DNA of 64,000 bases from assembly GCA_017450465.1 (NCBI GenBank), contig JAFSUW010000007.1, forward strand, positions 6,247-70,246, read 5' to 3'. Source of the DNA: Clostridia bacterium (GTDB lineage Bacteria > Bacillota > Clostridia > TANB77 > RGIG9151). This document shows, one piece after another, positions 41,050 through 49,851 of the stretch. The notes under the pieces were generated by a model. That model did not search any database, was not told the origin of the DNA, and saw nothing but the letters and a program-made list of their open reading frames with translations. Position numbers and translations under genes: made by a program. Within the stretch, counting starts at the first letter, position 1. Every line of letters starts with the position of its first letter.

Positions 41050-41130
41050 TATATTTTTCAAAAAATCTTCATATTTCCATCACATTAGTTTTGTATTATA
41101 ATACTAGTAGATTATTTTTAGGAGGGTGTT

Positions 41131-41802
41131 ATGGCAAAGATACTTATAGTTGATGATGAAGAAAAGATAAGAGAATTTGTAAAGAAATATGCAGTATTTG
41201 AAGGACATAATGTAGTGGAAGCATCAAATGGTATGGAAGCAATAGATATTTGTAAAAAAGAAAAGTTTGATATCATTGTTTTAGACATTATGATGCCGGA
41301 ACTTGATGGTTTTTCTACCTGCAAAGAACTTCGCAAATCTATAGATACTCCAATTATTATGCTATCAGCACGTGGTGAAGAGTATGATAAAATTCATGGC
41401 TTTGAAATAGGTATAGATGACTACGTTGTAAAGCCATTCTCACCTAAGGAACTTATGATGCGTATTGATGCGATATTAAAGCGTACGCAAAAGGTGGCAA
41501 ATACTCAAAACGAAGTATTTGAAAAAGATACATTAAAAATAGATTTTACTGCAAGAATAGTCACAATAGATGGTAAGAAAATTGATTTATCGCCCAAAGA
41601 ATATGACTTACTATTTTATATGGTAAAGAATAGAGGAATAGCACTTACTCGCGAAAAACTTTTAACAGATGTTTGGGGATATGATTTCTTTGGTGATGAT
41701 AGAACTTTGGATACGCATATAAAACTTCTTCGTAAGAGTATTGCACCATATAATAATTTGATTGTAACTTTAAGAGGGGTGGGATATAGATTTGAAGCAT
41801 AA
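41131..41802 (+). CDS. OmpR-family response regulator
   Basis: Receiver D-box (ILIVDDEE ... IIVLDIMMPELDG) and winged-helix C-terminus (LTDVWGYDFFGDDRTLDTHIKLLRKSI ... LRGVGYRFE). Confidence 0.85.
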   Translation: MAKILIVDDEEKIREFVKKYAVFEGHNVVEASNGMEAIDICKKEKFDIIVLDIMMPELDGFSTCKELRKSIDTPIIMLSARGEEYDKIHGFEIGIDDYVVKPFSPKELMMRIDAILKRTQKVANTQNEVFEKDTLKIDFTARIVTIDGKKIDLSPKEYDLLFYMVKNRGIALTREKLLTDVWGYDFFGDDRTLDTHIKLLRKSIAPYNNLIVTLRGVGYRFEA

Positions 41803-43222
41803 TATTAGTATAAAATGGAAAGTATTTTCATATTTTTTAATATTTTCGCTAATAATGCTAGCACTGCTTTGGTTATTTCAAATAGTTTTATTAAATGATT
41901 TTTATAAATATATAAAAATAAATCAACTAAAAACATATGCAAATTATGTAAGTACGAACATAGATAATATTACTTTTGATTCTAAATTTAATGATACATT
42001 AGCAGATAAAGATATTTGTATGTTAATTTTCTCTGAAAATGGTCAGATAAAATATTCATCAGATATATTAAAAAATTGCGTTATTCATAGAATGCCACAC
42101 AGTATAAGTTTTGAATTCGCGAAAAAAATGGAAAGCGAAAATATAAATTTCATAGAGCAAAACTATGATAATATACGTCGATATACAGATCAATTAGATT
42201 TATCGAATTTTAAGCCAGGTAACATTTTGAGTGTTACTAAGGCGGTTGATAGTGACAATAATGTTTATTATATAATGCTAAATTCAAGTATTTTTCCTGT
42301 TGCTGCAACTGTATCAACTCTTAGAACGCAGCTTATAATAATAACAATAATAATGCTTATTTTATCATTTTTACTTTCACTTCGTGTTTCAAAAGTTGTA
42401 GCCAATCCAATTATTGACTTAAATAAAAACGCAAAGCAACTTGCTACAGGTGACTATTCAACGAAATTTGATAATAAAGGTTATAGTGAAATTGTTGAAC
42501 TTAGTAATACATTAAATTATACAACAGAAGAACTTTCAAAAGTAGAAAATTTACGTCGCGAACTTATTTCAAATATATCTCATGATCTTAGAACACCACT
42601 TACTATGATTACGGGATATGGTGAAGTGATGCGTGATTTACCTGGTGAGAATACACCTGAAAACATCCAGATAATTATTGATGAAGCAAAACGCCTAACA
42701 TCTTTGGTAAACAACGTTTTGGATATTTCGAAATATCAGTCTGGTACGCAAGTGCTTACTCCGGAAAAGTTTAATTTGACTGAGTTATTGGGCGAAATAA
42801 AGCTTCGTTATGATAAACTTACCGAAAAAGATGGATATAACATCGTCTTTGAAAAAGATGAAGACACATTTGTAAATGCAGATAAAATACGCATCACGCA
42901 GGTAATATATAATTTACTTAATAATGCGATTACTTATACGGGTGAAGATAAAAAGATAACAATAAAACAAACGGTAAATGGTGATACCGTAAAAGTTGAA
43001 GTTATAGATACAGGCGTAGGTATTTCAAAGGATGACATTCCATATATTTGGGATAGATATTATAAAGTAAAAGAGACGCACAAAAGGGCGCAGATTGGTA
43101 CAGGCCTTGGCCTTTCAATAGTAAAAGAGATATTAAAACTCCATGATGCGGAGTATGGTGTTGAAAGTGAGTTAAACAAAGGTAGTGATTTTTGGTTTAC
43201 GTTAAAAAAAGATAACACATAA
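41792..43222 (+). CDS. Sensor histidine kinase (two TM segments, HAMP, HisKA, HATPase)
   Basis: H-box ISHDLRTPLT, N-box LLNNAITYT, G-boxes IDTGVGISKDD and GTGLGLSIV. It overlaps the regulator gene by 11 nt. Confidence 0.85.
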   Translation: MKHNISIKWKVFSYFLIFSLIMLALLWLFQIVLLNDFYKYIKINQLKTYANYVSTNIDNITFDSKFNDTLADKDICMLIFSENGQIKYSSDILKNCVIHRMPHSISFEFAKKMESENINFIEQNYDNIRRYTDQLDLSNFKPGNILSVTKAVDSDNNVYYIMLNSSIFPVAATVSTLRTQLIIITIIMLILSFLLSLRVSKVVANPIIDLNKNAKQLATGDYSTKFDNKGYSEIVELSNTLNYTTEELSKVENLRRELISNISHDLRTPLTMITGYGEVMRDLPGENTPENIQIIIDEAKRLTSLVNNVLDISKYQSGTQVLTPEKFNLTELLGEIKLRYDKLTEKDGYNIVFEKDEDTFVNADKIRITQVIYNLLNNAITYTGEDKKITIKQTVNGDTVKVEVIDTGVGISKDDIPYIWDRYYKVKETHKRAQIGTGLGLSIVKEILKLHDAEYGVESELNKGSDFWFTLKKDNT

Positions 43223-43225
43223 AAA

Positions 43226-43262
43226 AATTCCTCCCGAATAAATTTGTTTGGGAGGAATTTTT
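43226..43262 (+). terminator. Terminator after the kinase gene
   Basis: ATTCCTCCCGAATAAATTTGTTTGGGAGGAAT hairpin + TTTT; it overlaps the RBS of the next gene. Confidence 0.6.
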
Positions 43263-43793
43263 ATGCGAAAAATAATTTTTATAAGCTTATTATTACTAGT
43301 TTCTTGTAAGAAAAATGAGGAAATTAAAGATGTTGATACAATACTTATGTCTATAAAAAATTATACATGCGACACAAGAATAGAAAGATTTTCTAATAAA
43401 AACGTATTGGTTTTTAACGCAAAAGAAACGTATAAATATCCAGATAATTATTCTATATGTTTTGATGATGATACTAATATTTCGTACATAAATAATATTT
43501 TGACAATACATAACGGGAAAACAGGCGATAAAAAAGAAATATCAGATTACCAAAACATAAATAAAAATCCACTTTTTTTATCATATTTTTTGAACACATA
43601 TTTTAATAATAGAAGTGACGTATCAAAGGACAGTAGTGAAGTAACAATTGTTTTGCCGGATAATAATTCCTATTTATATAAAGCAACACTAAAAACTAAT
43701 AATAATGTACCTTATTCGCTTACATACTTCGATAAGAACGATACGCCATTAGTCAACATAATATATAATAAGTTCGATTTTGAGTCACTTTAA
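43263..43793 (+). CDS. Lipoprotein, hypothetical
   Basis: MRKIIFISLLLLVSC lipobox; ATG 43263 after GGAGGA. Confidence 0.5.
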   Translation: MRKIIFISLLLLVSCKKNEEIKDVDTILMSIKNYTCDTRIERFSNKNVLVFNAKETYKYPDNYSICFDDDTNISYINNILTIHNGKTGDKKEISDYQNINKNPLFLSYFLNTYFNNRSDVSKDSSEVTIVLPDNNSYLYKATLKTNNNVPYSLTYFDKNDTPLVNIIYNKFDFESL

Positions 43794-43897
43794 TATGTTT
43801 GACTTTAATAAAAAAATTATGTTAGAATTAATACGTTAAAATAAAGTTTAACAAATTGAATAAATAAGCATTCTTTAGGAAATAATTGTATTAAGGT

Positions 43898-43932
43898 GAT
43901 TTGAATTGAACTTTTCACCTACAAAAGTTTTC
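43898..43932 (+). repeat. Degenerate copy of the hairpin-CTACAA(A/G)TTT repeat module, upstream of mazF
   Basis: GGTGA-TTTGAATTGAACTTTT-CACC hairpin + TACAAAAGTTTT tail (compare CCACTACAAGTTTG at 1727-1740). Confidence 0.35.
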
Positions 43933-43950
43933 TAACGGAGTGTGAAGCGC

Positions 43951-44301
43951 GTGATTATAAAAAGAGGAGACATTTACTATGCAGATTTAAGCCCTGTTGT
44001 TGGCTCCGAGCAAGGTGGCGTTCGACCTGTTTTGATTGTGCAAAATAATGTTGGCAACAAGTTTAGCCCTACGGTGATAGCAGCGGCAATAACTTCGCAG
44101 ATAAATAAAGCAAAAATGCCTACTCATATAGAAATAGGTGCAGCAGACTATGGTTTATCTAAAGATTCAGTTATACTGCTCGAACAAGTAAGAACCATAG
44201 ACAAAAAACGCTTAAAAGAGCGTATAGGACACCTAAACGAGCACCTTATGAATAGGGTTAATGAAGCAATAGAAATAAGTTTCGGTTTAGAAGAAGAATA
44301 A
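43951..44301 (+). CDS. ndoA: MazF/EndoA (NdoA) type II toxin endoribonuclease
   Basis: [62 protein letters not shown] is close to B. subtilis EndoA (the two aligned N-terminal segments differ at only a few positions). The GTG at 43951 matches the EndoA N-terminus; an alternative GTG is at 43942. Confidence 0.85.
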   Translation: MIIKRGDIYYADLSPVVGSEQGGVRPVLIVQNNVGNKFSPTVIAAAITSQINKAKMPTHIEIGAADYGLSKDSVILLEQVRTIDKKRLKERIGHLNEHLMNRVNEAIEISFGLEEE

Positions 44302-44322
44302 ATTATAAAAGGGGAGATACAT

Positions 44323-44826
44323 ATGATAAAACTCATGAAATACAAAAGAATTTTTATCATTGCATCAGTTTTAATACTATTATTTAGTGCGGTGGTATAT
44401 GCTGCGGTAACGCCAGGTAGTGCAGATGACCCACTAATAACGCTTAGTTATTTTAATGAAAAATTTGATGAAAAGATGGAAGAGTTTTTAGAGGAACTAA
44501 AAGATTATTTAGAAGAGAAACTAGATACCGATAAAGAACCAGAAAAAAGTGCTTCTGCAACATTCGAATTAATTAATATAAAAGCGGGTTCAATTCTTGT
44601 TTGTGGTGAAGGAACTGAGTTTATAATAAGAACTGGTAAAATGGATGCGGTAGCATCAAGCTCAGGAGGACTTTCGGATGTAACGAGTGGCGAAAATATT
44701 GCTGGTGGCGTACCGGTACCACTTAATCACCACATTGTAATACCAAGAAATGATGGTAGAGGGTTAAATGTATTAATTGGCGGAGCAGTAATGATACGAG
44801 GCGAATATGATATAATAGAAGAGTAG
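44323..44826 (+). CDS. Hypothetical membrane-anchored protein
   Basis: N-terminal TM segment (IFIIASVLILLFSAVVYAAV), an acidic linker and a Gly-rich C-terminal domain. Confidence 0.4.
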   Translation: MIKLMKYKRIFIIASVLILLFSAVVYAAVTPGSADDPLITLSYFNEKFDEKMEEFLEELKDYLEEKLDTDKEPEKSASATFELINIKAGSILVCGEGTEFIIRTGKMDAVASSSGGLSDVTSGENIAGGVPVPLNHHIVIPRNDGRGLNVLIGGAVMIRGEYDIIEE

Positions 44827-44900
44827 TGGCGACACTACTCTTTTTTCTTGATAAGTAGTTTTTAGTGTGCTAAAATTTGACTATAGGAGAGTAACATAAA

Positions 44901-45503
44901 ATGAAACAGATATTATTTGCAACAAGTAATGAAAGTAAGTCTAAGAGATTTACTAGAGGGCTTAAAGACAAAGGAATAGAAGTATTGACATTAAAAGACA
45001 TAGGTAAAGAAATAGATATTGAAGAAGATGGTAAAGATGCAATTGAGAATGCATTAAAAAAAGCGAGGGCATATGCGAAAGTTGTTGATATACCAGTGTT
45101 CGCTATGGATGACAGTTTGTATCTTGAAGGAGTGCCAGAAGAAAAACAGCCAGGATTAAATGTAAGACGTGTAAATGGTAAGCGGTTAACTGATGAAGAA
45201 ATGTTAGAACACTACATAAACTTAGTAAAAACTTATGGTGTAGATGGAAAACTTACTTGTAAGTGGATATATGGAATGGCAGTAATTAACGACGGGAAAG
45301 AATATACATATACTTGGAGTAAAGAAGATTTTTATATGGTAGATAAGTTATCAGATAAAGTAAATCCAGGATATCCATTAAATACAATATCTATAAATAA
45401 AAAATTAAATAAATACTTTACATATATCACACCAGAAGATAGATTAAAACTAAATGAAGATGAAAGCGATGTAGTAGAGTTTATTGCAAAGAGTGTTAGA
45501 TAA
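44901..45503 (+). CDS. Hypothetical protein; weak resemblance to the Ham1/ITPase-like NTP pyrophosphatase N-terminus
   Basis: ILFATSNESKSKRF resembles the (V/L)ATxNxGKxxE start of the RdgB/Ham1 family; the rest is unassigned. Confidence 0.3.
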   Translation: MKQILFATSNESKSKRFTRGLKDKGIEVLTLKDIGKEIDIEEDGKDAIENALKKARAYAKVVDIPVFAMDDSLYLEGVPEEKQPGLNVRRVNGKRLTDEEMLEHYINLVKTYGVDGKLTCKWIYGMAVINDGKEYTYTWSKEDFYMVDKLSDKVNPGYPLNTISINKKLNKYFTYITPEDRLKLNEDESDVVEFIAKSVR

Positions 45504-45538
45504 ATTGTTGTTTATCTGAGTAAATGAATTTATTAAAA

Positions 45539-45617
45539 TCGTAGGGGCGGGGTTCCATCCCCGCCCACCAACATTGTACACGGGCGAGCCAGGAGACTCG
45601 CCCCTACAGTTTGATAA
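45539..45617 (+). repeat. GC-rich double-hairpin element (family 2, copy 2) upstream of the rsgA paralogue
   Basis: CGTAGGGG + hairpin GCGGGGTTCCATCCCCGC + CCAC + spacer + hairpin GGGCGAG-CCAGGAGA-CTCGCCC + CTACAGTTTGATAA. Confidence 0.7.
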
Positions 45618-45767
45618 TTTGCCAACACATACTTCATTCACTAACATAAACAACAATAATTTATTGAATGATAAAAATGAAAGGAGAATTTTTTTGAAAA
45701 AATTTATGGTAAAAATGGAGCCCGTAGTTTCTTAAAATAAAAATATTTTAAGAAAAGGGGAATAAAA

Positions 45768-46820
45768 ATGAATATAAAAGATTATGGGTTAAAAAGTAAT
45801 GTAACAGAAAACATCGATAACATTGCAAGAATTATTGCAACGCACAAAGATATGTATGAAATCGTTTGTAACAAGGGTAAGGGATTCGCAAGAATAAAGC
45901 GAGGAGCGTTTTACGATAACCCAAATGCTATTTATCCTACGACTGGAGATTTTGTTTTAATTGAATTGAACGATAGTGGCGACAGTATGATTTATGAAAC
46001 ATTAAGAAGGAATAGTTCGTTTAGTAGAACGGCGTCTTCAAGTGATAGGGACCAAGAACTACGTAGTCAGCATGAGCAATTAGTTGCTGCGAATTTTGAT
46101 TATGTTTTTATTGTTATGTCATTAAATAATAACTTTAGCTTAAATAGAATTGAAAGGTATTTGGCACTTACTTGGGAATCAGGTGGCATTCCTGTAATAG
46201 TACTTACAAAACGCGATTTAGTGCAAAATGTTAGCGAATATATCGATAAAGTTAAAGATATTGCTTTTGGCGTTGATGTTTATGCAATAAGTTGTATAAC
46301 AAAAGAAGGGTTAGACGATATAAAGAAATACTTTGCAAAAGGAAACACCATTTGCTTTTTGGGCTCATCAGGTGTAGGAAAATCGACACTTGTAAATACT
46401 TTATATGGTGAAGAAGTAATGAAAACTTCTGAAATACGTGAGGAAGATTCTAGAGGAAGGCATACAACAACAGTAAGAAACTTAATAATGCTACCAAATG
46501 GTGCAATGGTTATAGATACACCAGGTATGCGTGAACTTGGAATGTGGAATGCAGAGGAAGGCATAAGTAAAACATTTAGCGATATAGAAGAGTATATAAA
46601 AATGTGTAAATACAGTGACTGTACGCATACAAACGAGCCAGGTTGCAAAATATTAGAACTAATTGAAAAAGGGGAACTTACCCGTGAAAGATACGATGAA
46701 TATGTAAAACTCATGAAAGAATCGCAGTACAACACAGACCCGGAGCAGTACTTAAAAAACAAAAAAGAAAAATTCAAGGAAATAACAAGAATAAATAAGT
46801 ATAATAAAAAGAAATATTAA
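45768..46820 (+). CDS. rsgA: Ribosome small-subunit-dependent GTPase A (circularly permuted GTPase)
   Basis: OB-fold N-terminus; G4 LTKRDL, G1 GSSGVGKST, G3 DTPG; DSRGRHTTT hallmark; C-terminal Zn knuckle CKYSDCTHTNEPGC. Confidence 0.85.
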   Translation: MNIKDYGLKSNVTENIDNIARIIATHKDMYEIVCNKGKGFARIKRGAFYDNPNAIYPTTGDFVLIELNDSGDSMIYETLRRNSSFSRTASSSDRDQELRSQHEQLVAANFDYVFIVMSLNNNFSLNRIERYLALTWESGGIPVIVLTKRDLVQNVSEYIDKVKDIAFGVDVYAISCITKEGLDDIKKYFAKGNTICFLGSSGVGKSTLVNTLYGEEVMKTSEIREEDSRGRHTTTVRNLIMLPNGAMVIDTPGMRELGMWNAEEGISKTFSDIEEYIKMCKYSDCTHTNEPGCKILELIEKGELTRERYDEYVKLMKESQYNTDPEQYLKNKKEKFKEITRINKYNKKKY

Positions 46821-46821
46821 T

Positions 46822-46925
46822 GTCACGAGGGACAGTCTTGTCAGAAGGGACGGGGGCAATTGACCACATTTATGTAATGTATCAAACGTGAGTACATAGC
46901 GAATATAAGACAACCACTTTTTAGA
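46822..46925 (+). repeat. Degenerate partial copy of the family-1 element directly after rsgA
   Basis: AGAAGGGACGGGGGCAATTGACCACA matches the family-1 5' segment but lacks its 3' partner; an unrelated hairpin ATATGCGATTTTCGCATAT lies downstream. Confidence 0.45.
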
Positions 46926-47040
46926 ATTATGTGAACCTCATATGCGATTTTCGCATATAAAAACATTAATATAAACAAATTATTAAAAAGCAAGTGATTA
47001 TTTGTAAATCACTTGCTTTTATGTTAAAATTACATCGTAG

Positions 47041-47292
47041 GTGAAAAAGATGGAAAATAAAGAAATATTGTTAAACAATATAGATAAAATTCATACGACA
47101 GAGTTAGGCATAGAAAGGATTAAGAAAAATTTACAGATAACAACAGATGCAGTTTTGTATTGTAAAAATAAAATTTTGAGCAATGATGCGAATATTTATA
47201 AGAAAGGCAAAAATTGGTACTGCGAGACGACGGATGCAGTAATAACTATTAATTCGTATAGTTATACAATAATTACCGCACATGCAAGATAA
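47041..47292 (+). CDS. Small hypothetical protein (DUF3781-like)
   Basis: 83-aa ORF (..TTELGIERIKKNLQITTDAVLYCKNKILSNDANIYKKGKNWYC..). Confidence 0.35.
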   Translation: MKKMENKEILLNNIDKIHTTELGIERIKKNLQITTDAVLYCKNKILSNDANIYKKGKNWYCETTDAVITINSYSYTIITAHAR

Positions 47293-47303
47293 GAGGTTTT
47301 AGT

Positions 47304-47852
47304 ATGATTGATATAATTGAAATAACGATAGAAGAATTTAAGAGTGATATCTATAGCAAATATTTAGAGCTTTTCCCAGAAGATGAACGTAGACCTTTAG
47401 CGAAACTTTCGAAGTCATATAATGCTGGTGTAGAAAAGTTCTATAAAATAGTATTAAACAATGTAGCTATTGGCTTTTTAACACTTGAAAAAATAAAGGA
47501 CTTACCATTTTATTTAGATTATTTTGCTATTTTTAAGGAGTATCAAGATAAAGGTTATGGAACGAAAGCATTAGAAATATTGTTAAAAAAACTAGATAAC
47601 GAACTAATTGGCGAAATTGAAAAAGAGGATGCTAGTGACCAAAACACTATAAAAAGATTTCAGTTTTATAAAAAATTGGGCTTTAGGAAAATAGATTCAG
47701 AATATCTAGTATTTGATGTGCACTATACACCAATAATATATTCTAAAGCCAAGATGTTAGATAAAGAAAAATTAGATAAAATATTTTTTGAATATTATAG
47801 AACAAATAGTGAAAAAGAAGATTTTGAGGTAAAGTGTAAATTAATAAAATAA
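47304..47852 (+). CDS. GNAT-family acetyltransferase
   Basis: YQDKGYGTKALEILL Q/R-x-x-G-x-G/A motif. Confidence 0.55.
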   Translation: MIDIIEITIEEFKSDIYSKYLELFPEDERRPLAKLSKSYNAGVEKFYKIVLNNVAIGFLTLEKIKDLPFYLDYFAIFKEYQDKGYGTKALEILLKKLDNELIGEIEKEDASDQNTIKRFQFYKKLGFRKIDSEYLVFDVHYTPIIYSKAKMLDKEKLDKIFFEYYRTNSEKEDFEVKCKLIK

Positions 47853-47864
47853 GGGGGTAAGTAT

Positions 47865-48407
47865 ATGAGTAAGGTAACTCCGATGGAAACAGAACGTTTG
47901 ATATTAAGACAATGGAACATGAATGATGTTAGCGATATGGTAGAGGGACTTAATAACATTAATGTTAGCAAATGGTTAGCTGGTGCACCATATCCATATA
48001 CAGAAGAAGATGCAAAAAAGTTTATTAATTACACTATAGAAAATGATTTATATAATTTTGCTATAGTACTAAAAAGTGAAAATAAGGCAATAGGTGGAGT
48101 TCAATTAACAAATGTAAGTATAGATAATGGAACAGCCGGTGGCGGCATTTGGATAAATGAAAAGTATCAGGGGCAGGGATATGGCACAGAAGCATTTGGT
48201 GCTAGAATTAAATACGCTTTTGAAGTTTTGGGTTTAAGACGTTTAGAAAACGGATATTTTAGTGGAAACGAAAGATCACATAAAATGCAACTAAGGTTTG
48301 GTTATAAGGACGAAGGAGTAAGAAGGCAAAAATTTGTATCCAAGGCAACAGGTAAATTAGAAGATGAGTATATTACAGGGCTACTGAAAGATGAATGGAT
48401 AAAGTAA
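47865..48407 (+). CDS. GNAT-family N-acetyltransferase (RimJ/RimL-like)
   Basis: YQGQGYGTEAFGARIKYAFEVLGLRRLE motif; 180 aa. Confidence 0.65.
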   Translation: MSKVTPMETERLILRQWNMNDVSDMVEGLNNINVSKWLAGAPYPYTEEDAKKFINYTIENDLYNFAIVLKSENKAIGGVQLTNVSIDNGTAGGGIWINEKYQGQGYGTEAFGARIKYAFEVLGLRRLENGYFSGNERSHKMQLRFGYKDEGVRRQKFVSKATGKLEDEYITGLLKDEWIK

Positions 48408-48417
48408 GGAGATAAAA

Positions 48418-49122
48418 ATGGAACTAAAGAGAATGAAAATTTGTGGCATTCCGAGTGTTTTATGGGGAGAAAATAGCAAGAAAGTATTCATAGCGGTACA
48501 TGGTAATATGTCCAATAAAGAGGATGAAGTAATAAAAATGTTTGCAAATTTAGTTACAAATAAGGGTTATCAAGTAATTAGTTTTGATTTACCCGAGCAT
48601 GGCGAAAGAAAAAATGACACAAATTATTTATGTAAGGTTCAAAACTGTGTAAATGATTTAAGAAAAATCGTAGAATATGCAAAAGAAAATTTTGATGAAA
48701 TAAATTTATGGGCATGTAGCATGGGAGCATATTTTAGTTTGCTTGCGTATAAAGAAGAAAAATTAAATAAATGCATATTTTTATCGCCGGTTGTTAACAT
48801 GAAAGTAATTATAGATAATATGATGAAATGGGGAAATATAACCGAGGAAGAGTTAAAAGAAGAAAAAGAAATAAAAACAAATTTCGGCCCGACACTATAT
48901 TGGGATTATTATAAATATGTTAAAGAAAACCCTATAGTAGAGTGGAACAAAGAAACAAATATTTTATATGGTAGTAATGATAATATGCAAGAAGAGGACT
49001 TAATACGCGATTTCGTAGATAAATTTAATGCTAAACTTACTGTATTAGAGAATGGTGAGCACTATTTTCACACCAAAGAGCAGTTAGAGTTCTACAAAAA
49101 TTGGTTAGATAAAATATGTTAG
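48418..49122 (+). CDS. Alpha/beta-hydrolase fold protein
   Basis: AVHGNMSN and nucleophile elbow ACSMGAY (G-x-S-x-G). Confidence 0.55.
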   Translation: MELKRMKICGIPSVLWGENSKKVFIAVHGNMSNKEDEVIKMFANLVTNKGYQVISFDLPEHGERKNDTNYLCKVQNCVNDLRKIVEYAKENFDEINLWACSMGAYFSLLAYKEEKLNKCIFLSPVVNMKVIIDNMMKWGNITEEELKEEKEIKTNFGPTLYWDYYKYVKENPIVEWNKETNILYGSNDNMQEEDLIRDFVDKFNAKLTVLENGEHYFHTKEQLEFYKNWLDKIC

Positions 49123-49133
49123 GAGCAATTACG

Positions 49134-49469
49134 ATGGATAATTATATTATTGTAACAACACTTTGTAATAAAGAAGAAGTGGCGCATAAAATAATCGATA
49201 GTTTGCTAGAAAAAAGATTAGTAGCTGGAAGTCAAATGTCAAAGGTCCATTCTAAATATTTTTGGAATAATTCGCTTGAAGAATGCGATGAGCATAAAAT
49301 AGAATTTAGGACTAAAGAAAGTTTATTTAGTGAAATAGAAAAAGAAATAAAGAAAATACACGATTATGAAGTGGCGGAGATATCGTGTGTGAAGATAGTA
49401 AATGCGAGTAGTGAGTTTTTTGAGTGGATAGATGAAAATGTCAAGGACCCAAAAGGTAGATTCGAATAA
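49134..49469 (+). CDS. cutA: CutA1 divalent-cation tolerance family protein
   Basis: YIIVTTLCNKEEVAHKIIDSLLEKRLVAGSQ CutA-like N-terminus; ATG 49134 after AGGAGC. Confidence 0.6.
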   Translation: MDNYIIVTTLCNKEEVAHKIIDSLLEKRLVAGSQMSKVHSKYFWNNSLEECDEHKIEFRTKESLFSEIEKEIKKIHDYEVAEISCVKIVNASSEFFEWIDENVKDPKGRFE

Positions 49470-49506
49470 TAACATGTGGGTTTAATGATTTAATTGGAGG
49501 ATAGAG

Positions 49507-49836
49507 ATGAAAAAGCAAATTTTAGCCATCGCTAGCATAATAGTTTTATTTATTGTGGCTAGTATACTACTAAGGCCGATAGATGAAGTAGATATTCCAT
49601 TAGAAAACGTTAAAACATTAATTGACTCATATTTTGAAAGAGATGATGTAGACAAGACTAATTTTGTTTATAATTATGTAGACGAAGAAGAGCACTGCGT
49701 AGTTGTTGGATTAAAAGATATCAAAAAAGAAAAGCAAGATGAATTTATCCATGATGTGTTTTCAAGTAGTGCCGGCTCAATATATATAAAAAATCTTCAA
49801 AGTAAAGCATTAATAAAGTTTGAATTATCTAATTAA
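49507..49836 (+). CDS. Hypothetical membrane-anchored protein
   Basis: N-terminal TM segment (ILAIASIIVLFIVASILL); 109 aa. Confidence 0.35.
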   Translation: MKKQILAIASIIVLFIVASILLRPIDEVDIPLENVKTLIDSYFERDDVDKTNFVYNYVDEEEHCVVVGLKDIKKEKQDEFIHDVFSSSAGSIYIKNLQSKALIKFELSN

Positions 49837-49851
49837 TACGAGGTGAAGAGT

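Noticed and set aside
41118-41336. 72-aa minus-strand ORF.
   Set aside because: It overlaps the start of the response-regulator gene on the other strand and has no RBS; it is an artefact.
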